A DNA stretch of 48,374 nt, from the NCBI GenBank assembly GCA_003990765.1, contig RBNJ01000038.1, positions 1 through 48,374 on the forward strand. Direction: 5' to 3'. A program made the translations under genes and the position numbers. This document shows, in pieces, positions 37,340-48,374 of this stretch. The notes under the pieces are model-generated. The model made no database searches and was not told the origin of the DNA. It saw only the letters and a list, made by a program, of their open reading frames with translations. Origin of the DNA: Jimgerdemannia flammicorona (taxonomy: Eukaryota). Every line of letters begins with the position of its first letter. Position 1 is the stretch's first letter.

Positions 37340-40300
37340 CAAGTAAAGGAGATTATGCAGACAGATATAATATCTATAAGATCTGGTTCCACACTTAGTT
37401 CAATGGTCTCAAGTATCAATAAGAAGTACAAGAAGCTTTGACCTACATGAGCCAAGCTGCCAATAAAACCCCTAAGGCCTTCTACCATCAAATTCAAGCC
37501 CAGATAATCAAGCCAAACTTGCAACCTACAGTTCAACTGGTCCTGGCCTCAATCATTTTCCTCAATAAAATATTTCTAGAGCTTTAGAGATAGGTTATCA
37601 GGATGGATTACTGAAGCATTGAACAACAAGTTGCTAGAGTACAAGGGTGCTAGAAAGCAGACTATAGATCACCTCAGCAGATTCAAGAACATCAAGAACT
37701 AGCTTAAGCTGAAATTTCAAGGATTCATAAAATGACTTCAGAATAAGAGAATGTCTATTTAAGAGCATAGCTGGCCAACTATGAGACCAGACCCCCACCC
37801 TCAATTCCAGCCCAATATAGATAGCAATAGTAGCAGTCTCCAACAAGAGTCCAAAAAGACCCTATAATAATGCTCACTAAACAAATGAAGAATTTGGCCA
37901 TTGTAGTTGCTTAGCTAAAGAACTAAGAAGGAATACAGCAAGATTATCACCATGATAGTAGACCAGACTACCAGCAGTAAGACAACAGAAGTTCTACTCA
38001 GACCCTATCAGCTATAACTACAGACTTATCAACAATAAGTACTTATACCCCAATATGTTTCAACTATAGAAACCAAGGCTATATTCAGAGATTCTGCTCA
38101 AAGAAACAACTCCCACCCAATGATAGAAATGTTAACCTCATTCAAATAGATAAAGAGACTTGAGAAATAGAGGAGAAAGCTACCTGGCTATATAGTTAAG
38201 AGAATATCTACTATGAAGTCTTCTCTTCTAAGATGACTTGGAATACTGCCCCCACATAGACCAGAGGATGAGGAAGACCTCCTAGGACCCCTCTTCCACT
38301 ACCACTACTAGTGACAGTATCCATAGGCAAGCACCCAAGACATAGCTACTCCTTCTCAGACACTTAGAAAAATAATAAGTGAGTCAGAAGTGATACCCCT
38401 GAACTAAAGGCTGGGCCTTCAAGGATATCAAGAAGTACTTTCTTGCCTGACTTTGAAGAAGATGAGCACATGAGCATAGAATCTTTAACTGACAAAATAC
38501 CTAATAGAAATGAGAGAACTCACTATAAGAGACCTAGATATCAAAAAAAAAAAAATAGTAGACCCCATGAAGCAGCATCTCTTTGGGAATATATCTATAT
38601 ATAGAATGCAGGCCTTACATTCAAAAAAGTCCTCAAGAATGTACCAGAAGTTAGGCAAAAATTCCTGAAGGAAGCCAAAGAAGATACTAAGAGAATTTCT
38701 ATCCAAAGACCATATACACTAGAACCTAGTACTATCTATATAGTCTATAAAAACTAGGGCTAAGAACATCAATTCACAAGACTTGCCAATGGAAAAGTAT
38801 ATGGTGAAAATGCAGAATCCTTATTGATACTAGAGCAGCAGTCTGCTTCATTACCCAGCAAATACTAGAGAGGATTAGATAGAGAATTGATAAAGGAACT
38901 AAAGTAAGAGTCATCATGGCAGATGGATCAGTATCTACTCCTCTTAGACTAGTCAGAGACATATCTATTCAAGTTGAAAAAGTCTGTCTCAATATATCAC
39001 AAGCTATAGTAACCCCAGCAATCTCTTATGATCTAATCTTAGAAACTAATTAGTTATACTAAGTTGGAGCCAATGTAGATATCAAGAAATAGCTCCTAGT
39101 CTTCACTTTCTATGAACAGAAGTACAAGGTACCAATTGAATCAAGAGAATTCTCAAGAAAAGTAAGTCAGATCTCTGAAATAGAATGGCAAGAATATGAT
39201 GATATACCTATCTCTATAGAAGATGAAAGTGAAGCCAATTTTCTACAAGAACTAAGAAGTGATTTTGATACCCTCCAAGACTTTGAAAGTGGTCAAGAAG
39301 ATCCTTTTGTTGGAGTTGTTGATACTGAGAACCTGGAGGAAAACATTGAATGAACTATTAGCAAAGAAGTAATACTTGAGTTTACAGGACTATCTATACA
39401 ACCACTATCATCTCTAAAGGAAAACAGAATCATATAAGCCTTCTACTTAGGTATGTGTGAACACTACAACCATTTCTACTCACCAAGAGATAATTGTAGT
39501 AACTCTCAATTCCTTGACCTCAAGAAGACTTCAATACTACCAATAGAAGATAAAGATAAGTTAAAATGAGCTCCAGTACTCAAATGAACACAACTACCAA
39601 CCCTAAAGATATTTAAGAAAACCTATAAGGAAGAACAGAAGGTCCTCTCTCACTAATCTCTAGAAACTCTCACAATCAAAGGAGACAACAACAATATTTA
39701 CACCATTACCTGAGCTCTTCAGATTACTCTATCCACTTATAATAAATATCAATGAAGATACCCTACAAGCAAGAAAGTCAAGCAGCAGAATGAAGAGTTT
39801 ATCAAGCAAAGACACTATAATTATAGAAAGACCTTTATCTGTTATTAGTATAAATATCAAAGTATTTACCTCAGTGATGATGTTTATAAGAGCTGAGTCA
39901 AGAGAAAGGATCCTATTCTGTAAGAACCCTGAATTTGCTAGGTCTGTTGAAAATGTAAACAGATCAACTATGAAGGAGACTGTAAGACCAAGAGCAAGAT
40001 CTCTATTTGGGATCTGCTATTAGAATTACTTACAATTATTCACTAGTACTGCTGCTCTTACCAAGACAATCAAAGAGTCAATCTTACCTTTACCTTTATA
40101 GAAGTCCTAGATCTACTTGAAAGAACAGAATTCAATTATACAAGAAATCCAAAAACTAGAGTATATTGGTCATTCTTTAAGCTAGAATATATAGAGCCCT
40201 TATTTATAATGATAACTATAGAGACACTATTCCTCAAGACTCAACTAGTCATTTAAGTCAAGTTACTATCATCTTGAGTATAACCTCCTTTAGTATAAAT

Positions 40301-42520
40301 AGAAAGATCAGTCAGATATAATCTCTGTCTTCTCTACTAGGTAGTACTGTATCTCAGAACTTTAAGGACCTTTGATCTTCAAATTACACTCATTATACTA
40401 CCTAGACACTATGGTTAACTGACATTAAGATCATCTCTGACAGCCAAAGAAGTTACAGTAAAAGGAGTTATTGACCAAAATTATCAAGGCCCACTAAAGG
40501 TTATCATCTACAATAGCAGTAGAAATCACTGAGTCTTTAATCTCTTAGAAGCTATCCATCAGATCCTGTTCATCAAGACATTACAACTGACAATCCAAGA
40601 AGTAGACCAACTCAGCAGCACCAAGAGAGGACAAAGAGGCTTTGGAAGCATTAATAGAACTCAATAGAACCCAATCACCCATTGAAGTTCACCTAGTAAT
40701 AGTAACTTAGTTCTATCAAATGAAACCACACTTCTGCTACTACATTCAAGCAAGAGAAGATATCATCCTCCAGCCTTATCAACAAAGAAGCATAGACATA
40801 TATCTACCAGAAGATACTGATAATCTGATATTTGAGCCTTCAATTGAACTTCAAGAAAAGTATTACTTCCTCCTAGCCAAAGAATAAATTCATGACTAGA
40901 TTTCACCAATTCACATCTCTATTAGAAATTTGATCTTCAAAATAGTAATAATTTCCAAAGGAACAATACTGGGATACTTTGAACCACTGATAGATACCTA
41001 TGAGAAAGAAGTCTTTGAATTCTTAGAAAATGATGAGTTCTCTCTAGTGAGACTGACAGTACCAGAGAGAAGACTCAACAATCAAAGCTGTCAACATCAA
41101 GACAACTCTAACAGAGAATCAGCAACAATAGATACAAAAGTTGATAGAAGAATACAAAGTATATTTACCACAACATATAATAACTTCTCACTATATTAAT
41201 ATGGAGAGTATACTATGTATATATACAGAAGATGCAAAACTAATCTGATAGTACCCATACCAAACACTATATCATCTGATCAAGTTTGAACAATAATATA
41301 TAGAAGAAATATTTCAAAATAAGTTATCAGATCCTCATCAAGCCCTTGGACTTCACCAGCAATTATAGTACCAAAAAGGGAGGATAGAGACTAATTGTAG
41401 ACTTCAGAAAGCTCAATAAGATTACTATAGATAATATCTACTCACTACTAAGAATTGATGACCTCCTCAATGCTCTTAGAAAAGCCAAGTACATAACTAC
41501 CACAGACCAATTTCAAGGATTCTAAGTAATACCTATTACTAAGAATGACATCTGTAAGACAGCTTTTATTATCAGATGAGAACGGTATGAATATCTTTAT
41601 ATATCATTTAGACTTTATAATATACTAGTCTCATTCTAATAAATAATGAACTATGTCTACTGAGACCTAATTGGAAGAAATGTTCTAGAATATATAGATG
41701 ATATAATTATCTACTCTGAAACATTTAAACAATATCTATAAGACCTCTGTAAAGTATTTAATATCATTCAAGGATTGGGACTTAGACTCAATACTAAGAA
41801 ATACTTCTTCAGAAAACACTAAGTCAAATATCTGAGATATATTATCTCAGCCCAAGGAATTCATACTGATTTTCATAAGGTAGAGAAAGTCAAGAACTAC
41901 CTAACCCTGACCTCAGTAAAGAAAATTCTATCCTCTTCATATATATTAGTATCTTACTATTAGCAATTTATCCCAAGATTTTCTGATAAAGTAGCACTAT
42001 TATGAGATATTATCAAGAAGGACCAACCATTCTACTAGAAGAAAGATCAACAGAAGTTATTTGATCTACTTAAGAAGACTCTTACTAAAGCACCTGTTCT
42101 GACTTAACCAAACTTCAATAAGTCATTCATTCTGGTAACTGATGCCTCAGCTCTAGGACTTGGATCAATTCTGTCTCAGCAAGATAACCAAAAGAGAGAG
42201 CATATTATCAAATATACTAGTAAAGCTATAAATGAATTACAAGTAAACTATAGAGCTATCAAGTTGGAATACCTAGCAGTATTATAGGCAGTAGACCATT
42301 TTCAACACTATTTCTTAGGAAAGAGATTTGCTCTCATTACTGACTATTAAGCTCTACAATGGTTGTTCAATAAGTCAGAATCTTCAGGAATTTTTGCTAG
42401 ATAGATCATGTCCTTATAAGAATATCAGTTCACTATTGTCTATAAGAAAAATGCCAAGAATTCTAATATCAATACTCTGTCAAGAATCCCACAAAATCAA
42501 CAAGAAAAGAAGAAGTCCAT
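37340..42520 (+). mobile_element. Ty3/Gypsy internal region: gag, protease, spacer, dUTPase, RT, RNase H; cut off by LINE copy C before the integrase
   Basis: Knuckle CFNYRNQGYIQRFC (~38055); ILIDTRAA (~38820); SPWTSPAIIVPK, VDFRKLN, KTAFI, YIDDIIIYS (~41695); LVTDASALGLGSILSQ, ITDY*AL, NINTLSR. Confidence 0.92.
40280..40660 (+). pseudogene. dUTPase domain within Gypsy pol
   Basis: All five motifs can be recognised: SVRYNL (from SAGYDL), LRSSL, GVIDQNYQGPLKVIIYN, AIHQIL and KRGQRGFGS. Confidence 0.88.
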
Positions 42521-42599
42521 CTTTCTCCAGTAACATTCAGGTTACACAATCTTTTGGCAACACTTTCAACACAGTTTCTAGAGACAAGCTACTAGTTTC

Positions 42600-44619
42600 A
42601 TGGTAACCAATGAATATCCTGAGGCACATACTAGGCAGGGAGGCCCTGGAGTATTCAAATGGCAGCAAGTGGGGAGAGGCCCTGGCTTGGGGGGAAGCAT
42701 GAGGGGTCTGCTGGCGGGAGGACGTGGGGGAGAGCTGGAGGTCAAGGGTCTGGCAGAGCGAGCTTTGCGAAGAAGGTGAAGGGAGGTCAGCAGGGGGCCA
42801 GACTGGAGAGCTGGCTGAGGGGGGGGAAGGTGCCAGTGAGGGCTTCTAGACAGCAACCTCATGGGGGTGCCTCTCTGGAGGGCCATAGGGGTGGAGCTGG
42901 GGGGGTAGTGGCTGAGGCGGGGACTGCTGATAGAGGTGTGACAGGTGATCTGGAAAAAAATCTAGATGGGACTGCTGATGGTGAGCCAAGCAGTGGGAAG
43001 GGCACAAGGCCCAGAGACCTGGCAGATGGTGTAATGGGACTGGCAGTGGCACCATTACTCAAGAAGTCGATCTCAGAATTTGCAGTCATGATGTATTTCC
43101 GGGGCTTGGTAGTGATGGCAAAAATGGTGCTGGGGCTTATTGCTAAGCAGGTGGCAGGAGCTGCATCTGTGAAGTTTTTGAAGAGACTGGAGGGAGTGGA
43201 AGTTGGTTTGAGGAGGTGGCACCACTGGAGGAGGTGCTGAAGGTTGGATTAGTGGTTGGGGAGGTGTGTGTTCCAATGGCACGTTGCCTGAGGTGGGATC
43301 CCAGGGTGGTCCAACTACTGGTGAAAAGAGTGCCGACAGTGACAGCAATGGAGATGAGAAAGCAAGTTGAGGACTTCATAGTAGAGTATGGAGAGGTGGT
43401 GGATATCAGCTTCAGGATCTGGGAAGGGACCTTGCTCAGGACTGGTAATATGGATATGAGGATTCGGCTGGCTGAGAAGGAAGCCACTGGGAAGGCAAGG
43501 GACTGGTCTTTGGTGATGGTCTGGGGAGCAATCTTGTGCAAGGTGACAAGGGTGAAGGGTAGTGAGGAGGAGGAGGAGGATCTATTGGAGGTGTTAGAAG
43601 AGCTGGGTGGTGCTGTAAAGCAGTGAGCAAAGGCTTGGGAGGCCTTTGTGGAGGCGACGCATTTGGAGGTGGTGGATGGAAAGCAGATTCGAGTAACCAA
43701 GGAGCAGTGGGAAAGGGCTCAGGGGCATAAGAGACAGATAGAGCTGCTGGCCAAGCTGGATAATAGGCCACTGGGGGATGCGAGCAAGGAGAAGGGTGCA
43801 GGGGGAGCCAAAGCAAGTATCTGGGCTGGCGAAGGAAAGGGGAAGGATGAGAAGGAGGCAGGGGAGGAGAAGGTGAAGCTTATTAAGGACCTGTTTGCTG
43901 ATGGTATGCTGGAGGTTTGAGAGGAGGACTGGGAGGGTTCCCCTATCCCTACTCCTCTTGTCAGGTGTGGCCTGGCTTCCTGAAACAGGGTGGTAGAAGA
44001 TGTGCCAATGCGAGGGGCCCAGAGGGTGCAATTCGGAGTTCCAGAGGTGATGTATGGGGGACAGGTGGTGGCGGCTGGCGAGGAGGAACTGGTGGATGTC
44101 CTGGAGGTATGGGATGAGTCTGCAAGCACTGGAGCTGACACCACAATGTTGGATGGAGGGAGGCCGGTGACTCCAGAGGGGAAAGAGGTGGGGAACTTGC
44201 TTTGGATGTGCTGGATGATGAATAACATGGTGGCAGAAGAGTTGGGGGAGGTGGACTTGCGAGTAATGAGTGATGATCATTGGGCAGGGATACTGCAGGG
44301 GGATGGAGTAGTGAAGGCATTGAAGGTGGAAATTCTTGTGGTGTACCTGGAGGAGGAAGGGTATGAGGTGGATAAGGAGAGAGAGGCAGAGTTGGTGGTC
44401 ATTGCGGGAGAGAGGGCTGAATACTGCTGGAATAAGCATCATGGACTGCAGCTCTGGCAGGAGGCATGTATTGAATACCGAGAGGAGTTTGAAGAAAAGG
44501 CAGATGGAGAGATGAATGAACTGCTGACTGGATTGGAGGCTCAGAGGGCAGAAGAGGAGGAGGTGGCTGCGGAACATAATCTGGACACGGTACAGGAGGA
44601 GGCGAGCATGGAGCAGTAG
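42600..44619 (+). pseudogene. LINE ORF1 (~670 codons, a few stops and frameshifts)
   Basis: Fragments 42659-43240, 43216-43626, 43648-43920 and 43990-44619 join up; RRM-like VKRVP..YGEVVDI..WEGTLLRTGNMDMRIRL. Confidence 0.8.
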
Positions 44620-44649
44620 AGATTGATTGACAACATAACATCTTCCATT

Positions 44650-47600
44650 ATGAACAGTACAACCAACATTTTTTCTTTAAACGTGAATGGGCTACAGGGT
44701 GCTACTTGACAAAGGAACATTTTTACTTGGATAAAGAAATTGGAGGCCAATCTCTTCCTTTTGCAGGATGTCCGGTGTGAAGATGATTCTGATAGGATAG
44801 AATGGACAAAGGAATGGGGAGGTGTAGTGATTTGGAAGGACAAGGTTGGGATTTTGGTTTGGAAAGGTAGAGGGGAGATTCAGGAGGTAAGGAGCTGGGG
44901 GGAGAGGCTGGTCTGGGGTGAGTGGATTTGGGCAGGCTGGGAGCCAGTTACAGTTGGCTCATGCTACTGCCCCACGGTATGGGGTGAGAGAGTAGATTGG
45001 GTGAAAGGCTTATGGGAGAGTGGGTTACTTGCGGAGGCTGGAGTGGATCTGCTTGTGGGTGATTTCAATATGATTCGGGACATACTGTTGGATAGAACAG
45101 ACAGAGGACAAGGTGCTGAGAGCAGGAGTAGAGGACTGGTAGAATGGGAGGAGGTAGAAAGGCTAAGTGCACTAGTTGATGCTGGTAGTGAGTGCTGGGG
45201 GAGTAGGAGGATTTATATACATTGGGCAGGGGATCTGGGGACAAGAATTAACTGGATTTTGACAGCCAGCTGCTGGGGCCTAGATGTTTGGAAATTATTG
45301 GAGGTAGAATGGTATCCATGGTCAGATCACTGGGGGCTTTTGGGACAGGAGTGCTTTGAGGGAAGTGGGGATGGGCCTGGACATTGGCACCTCAATTCCT
45401 CTTTGTTAGATGACAAGACCCAGTGGGATGAGTGGGCTAAAGACATTCAGCTGAGGGTAGAGAACTGGCGGCAGGAAGGGACCTCAGTTGGGACTCAGTG
45501 GATGAGGATGAAGGAGATGGCCAAGATTTACTGGAGTGAGGCTGGCAAGGAGACAGGGAAGCAGCGAAGGTGTAGAGTGCATTGGGCCTCTACTAGACTG
45601 ACGAGGCTTCTGGAGGAGTGGGCGAGGCTGAAGATGGTGGAGGAAGAAGAAGATTGGAGGTTAATGAGAGTGAAAATGGAGATTAGGGAACTACGACAGG
45701 TGCTGTGGGAAGAGGAAGAGGTGAGGGTACAGAGCTTGGTGGCATGGCTTTGCTGGCAGGATCTGGAGGAAGGAGAGAGGCCTTCCAAGTTTCTTACAAG
45801 AACCCTTAGGGCAAGGTGGGTACAGTAACAGTGGGAAGGGGTGTTGGATTCCGATGGTAGACTGGTGCATGGTGTACAGGACATTCTTGGATCGCTGAAG
45901 GAGAGATGGAGTGGATTGTGGAGTGAGGAGGAGGGTGGGGCAGATGCCACTGCCATTGAACTTACATTGGAGGATTGGTACCCACCACAAGTCGAGGGGC
46001 TAGGTGACCTGGTGATGCCTGTACAGGAGGATGAGATCCACCAGGTTCTTGCCACGACAATACCAGGTACAGCTCCAGGGAAGGATGGTCTGCCCTGGGA
46101 CTTTTGGAAGCGAATGGTTGGAGTCCCAGGGGTGATGAAAGAGATGACAGCATTGTGCGATCTGATTCTACAGACAGGGAGGTGGGTGGGGAAGCAGAAC
46201 CTTGGGCTGGTGGTACTGCTTTATAAAAACAAAGGAAGGCAGGAGGATTGGAAGAACTGGCAGCCGATAATGTTGCTAGACATGGACAGAAAGTTGGTGA
46301 CTAAGGTGGTGGTGGCAAGACTACAGAAGGTGGCCCAGCAAGTCATGGGTGTTGAGCAGAGGGGATTTGTGGGTGGTCAGCTCATCAGGGATGATACTGC
46401 CTGGGTATATGGAGTTATCGAAGGGGCAAGGGCCTGTGGACTGAATGGGCATCTAGTCTTCTTGGACCAGGAGAAGGCATATGATCAGGTGTGAAGAGTC
46501 TGGCTGGTGTAAGTTTTGGAAAGAATGGGGGTCCCATACCAATTCTGGTCAGCAATGGTCAGCCTACTGGAAGAGAGTAGGGCTGTACTCACATGTAATG
46601 GACATAGAGGAGTAGCATTCCCCTTGGGTAGGGGGGTGCCCCAGGGGGACCCACTGTCCCCCATTCTGTATGCTCTTTTCCTGGAACCTCTTATGGATAG
46701 AATTCGGAGGAGGATAGTGGGGCTCTCTGTCTTTGGCATCGGGTGGAAAGTTGGGGCCTTTGCAGACGACATGGTGGTGGGTTTGGGTTTGATTGCTGAT
46801 GTTGAGGAGCTCAAGAAGACTGTAAAGTGGTATGAGGAGAACTCTGGAGCTAAGCTGAATTGGCATAAGTGTGAAACAATGGTACTAGGTAATGGCCTGG
46901 TGGGAGGGGAAGTTATAGGAACAATCATCCCTACTGGTGAAGCAGTGTGGTACTTGGGCATCTATTTGTCAGTCTATGGATCAGTTCTGCCCAGGATTTG
47001 GTGGGAGCAGAGGATTGGAATCTGGGAGGAGGCCCTGTGGAGTTGGGGGGGAAGACAATTTTCTCTGGTAGAGCAGGTCTCGATTTTGAATGTCTACTGG
47101 CTGCTGAAGTTGTGGTATCTGGTATATCATCTGGACTTCCCAGTCTGGGTGGTGAAGAGATTGATGAAGTTGGTGAAGAGATGGATTTGGGCTGGCAGGT
47201 AGAGTCAGATTGGTTGGGAGACCTTGTCCCTACCAGTGGCAAGAGGTGGTCTTGGGCTGGTGGACTTTCCTAAATGGTTACATTGCTTGAGAGCATGGTG
47301 GCTGAAGAGGGCAGTGGAATTGCGAGGAGGTGGTTGGGTTCCTCTACTACAGAAGATCTGGGAGAGGTGGTCATTGCCAAGGGGTTCCACTGGCGATCTC
47401 CTCTCATTGGTAGGACTTCAGAACACAGAACAATTGCAATATAGAGGATTTTGGTGGGGGATTGCAGAAGGGGTGCACTGCATTGGTATTCATTGGCAGG
47501 GGAATGAAGGAGAGGAGGACTGGGACCTAGCTATGTGGAGATGGGATCGTATATTGCTGGGTAGTGCTCCTTTAATTGAGTTTGACATTGGGGATAGAAT

Positions 47601-48306
47601 GGAATGCCAAAGGGGACCAGGCCAGGATCTGTGGCCTAGTAGTTGGCAAGGAGTTGGAATTGGAGAAGAGTGGAATTGGTATGGTATTTGGACCTGGAGT
47701 GCAGCAGTGAGAAAGTGGATGCCACCAAAGTACTGGGTGGTCTGGTGGCATATACTGCAGAGGAATATTATGCTCAACTTTTGCTTGGGGCACCTTATCA
47801 TTGGGGGTTGCTTTGACTGTGAGGAGTGCCACAATGTAGGGCAGGAGGGGGGTTATATACAGATGCCTGAACATTAGCTAAGAGAGTGTGAGGTGCTGGG
47901 GGATTTTTGGCAAACAATTGGAGAATGTTTGGGGGTACAGCACAGGGGAGATGAAGTACGGGGGAGGTGGGAGGACTTGAGGGATAGATTGGTAGGGGGG
48001 ATCGGGAAGGAGTGGCTTACATTGGATTGGGCTTTAGCTATTTGGGTGGAGCTGGCCAGTCATTGGCTATTTGTTTTTGAAGATGGGAGGAGACAGGGCT
48101 TGGGAGACTAGTTGCTGCGGTGGCATAGGCTTATGGAAGACACCTTAACAGGCTGGTGGCTTGGTTGGGAGCTGCAGAGTGGTCGGAGGTGCTGCTTAGT
48201 GGCAAAAATTTATGGGCAGAGTGGGGGGAGAGTTGGAGTAGTTGGGGAAAGGGTGATTTTTATTCATGAGGAGGAGGGGAGGGGCCCCCCTATGGGGATT
48301 GGGTAG
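44650..48306 (+). pseudogene. LINE ORF2 (APE endonuclease, RT, zinc-binding domain), mostly in frame with scattered stops
   Basis: MNSTTNIFSLNVNG, GDFN, SDH, PGKDGLP, QRGF, LDQEKAYD, GVPQGDPLSP, AFADD, YLG, GGLG and CEEC..EH*LREC. Confidence 0.93.
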
Positions 48307-48374
48307 TGGGTGGTGATGATGTATACTTATTCATAGACTGGTAATAAAGGCGGAGTCCAAGTGACTTTAAAAAA

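Larger units (their letters stand above)
42520..48374 (+). mobile_element. L1/Tx1-like LINE, copy C (full length, least decayed)
   Basis: The 5' end CTTTCTCC is homologous to copies A and B. AATAAA at ~48343 and the start of an A tail at the window end. Confidence 0.93.

Noticed and set aside
43594-44577. 327-aa minus-strand ORF and other ORFs antisense to the LINEs
   Set aside because: These are shadow frames of purine-rich LINE coding sequence, with no motifs and no conservation as open frames between copies.

Overview
This is a eukaryotic window, most likely fungal (inferred from the GT-AG introns and the transposon families), made up almost entirely of nested and mostly decayed transposable elements. 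I could not recognise any host housekeeping gene. It contains: three copies of one L1/Tx1-like LINE family (1-5790 minus, 28888-34790 minus, ~42520-end plus) and an older, different LINE; a 6.4 kb hAT transposon (8-bp TSD TATACAAC) that carries a spliced cargo gene with a TET/JBP-like 2OG-Fe(II) dioxygenase signature as well as its transposase; a 2.8 kb MULE; Ty3/Gypsy remnants, one with a dUTPase and a possible F-box motif in pol and one with a chromodomain; and a family of ~1.6 kb LTRs (TG...CA, 4-bp TSD) with their own protein-coding gene inside U3. That LTR gene is intact as a 277-aa ORF in a solo LTR at 20585-22180, and has two decayed close copies and two divergent paralogues in the window. 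Strong CpG loss and C-to-T / G-to-A decay affect the elements to different degrees. All protein assignments come from reading motifs by eye; no database searches were run.
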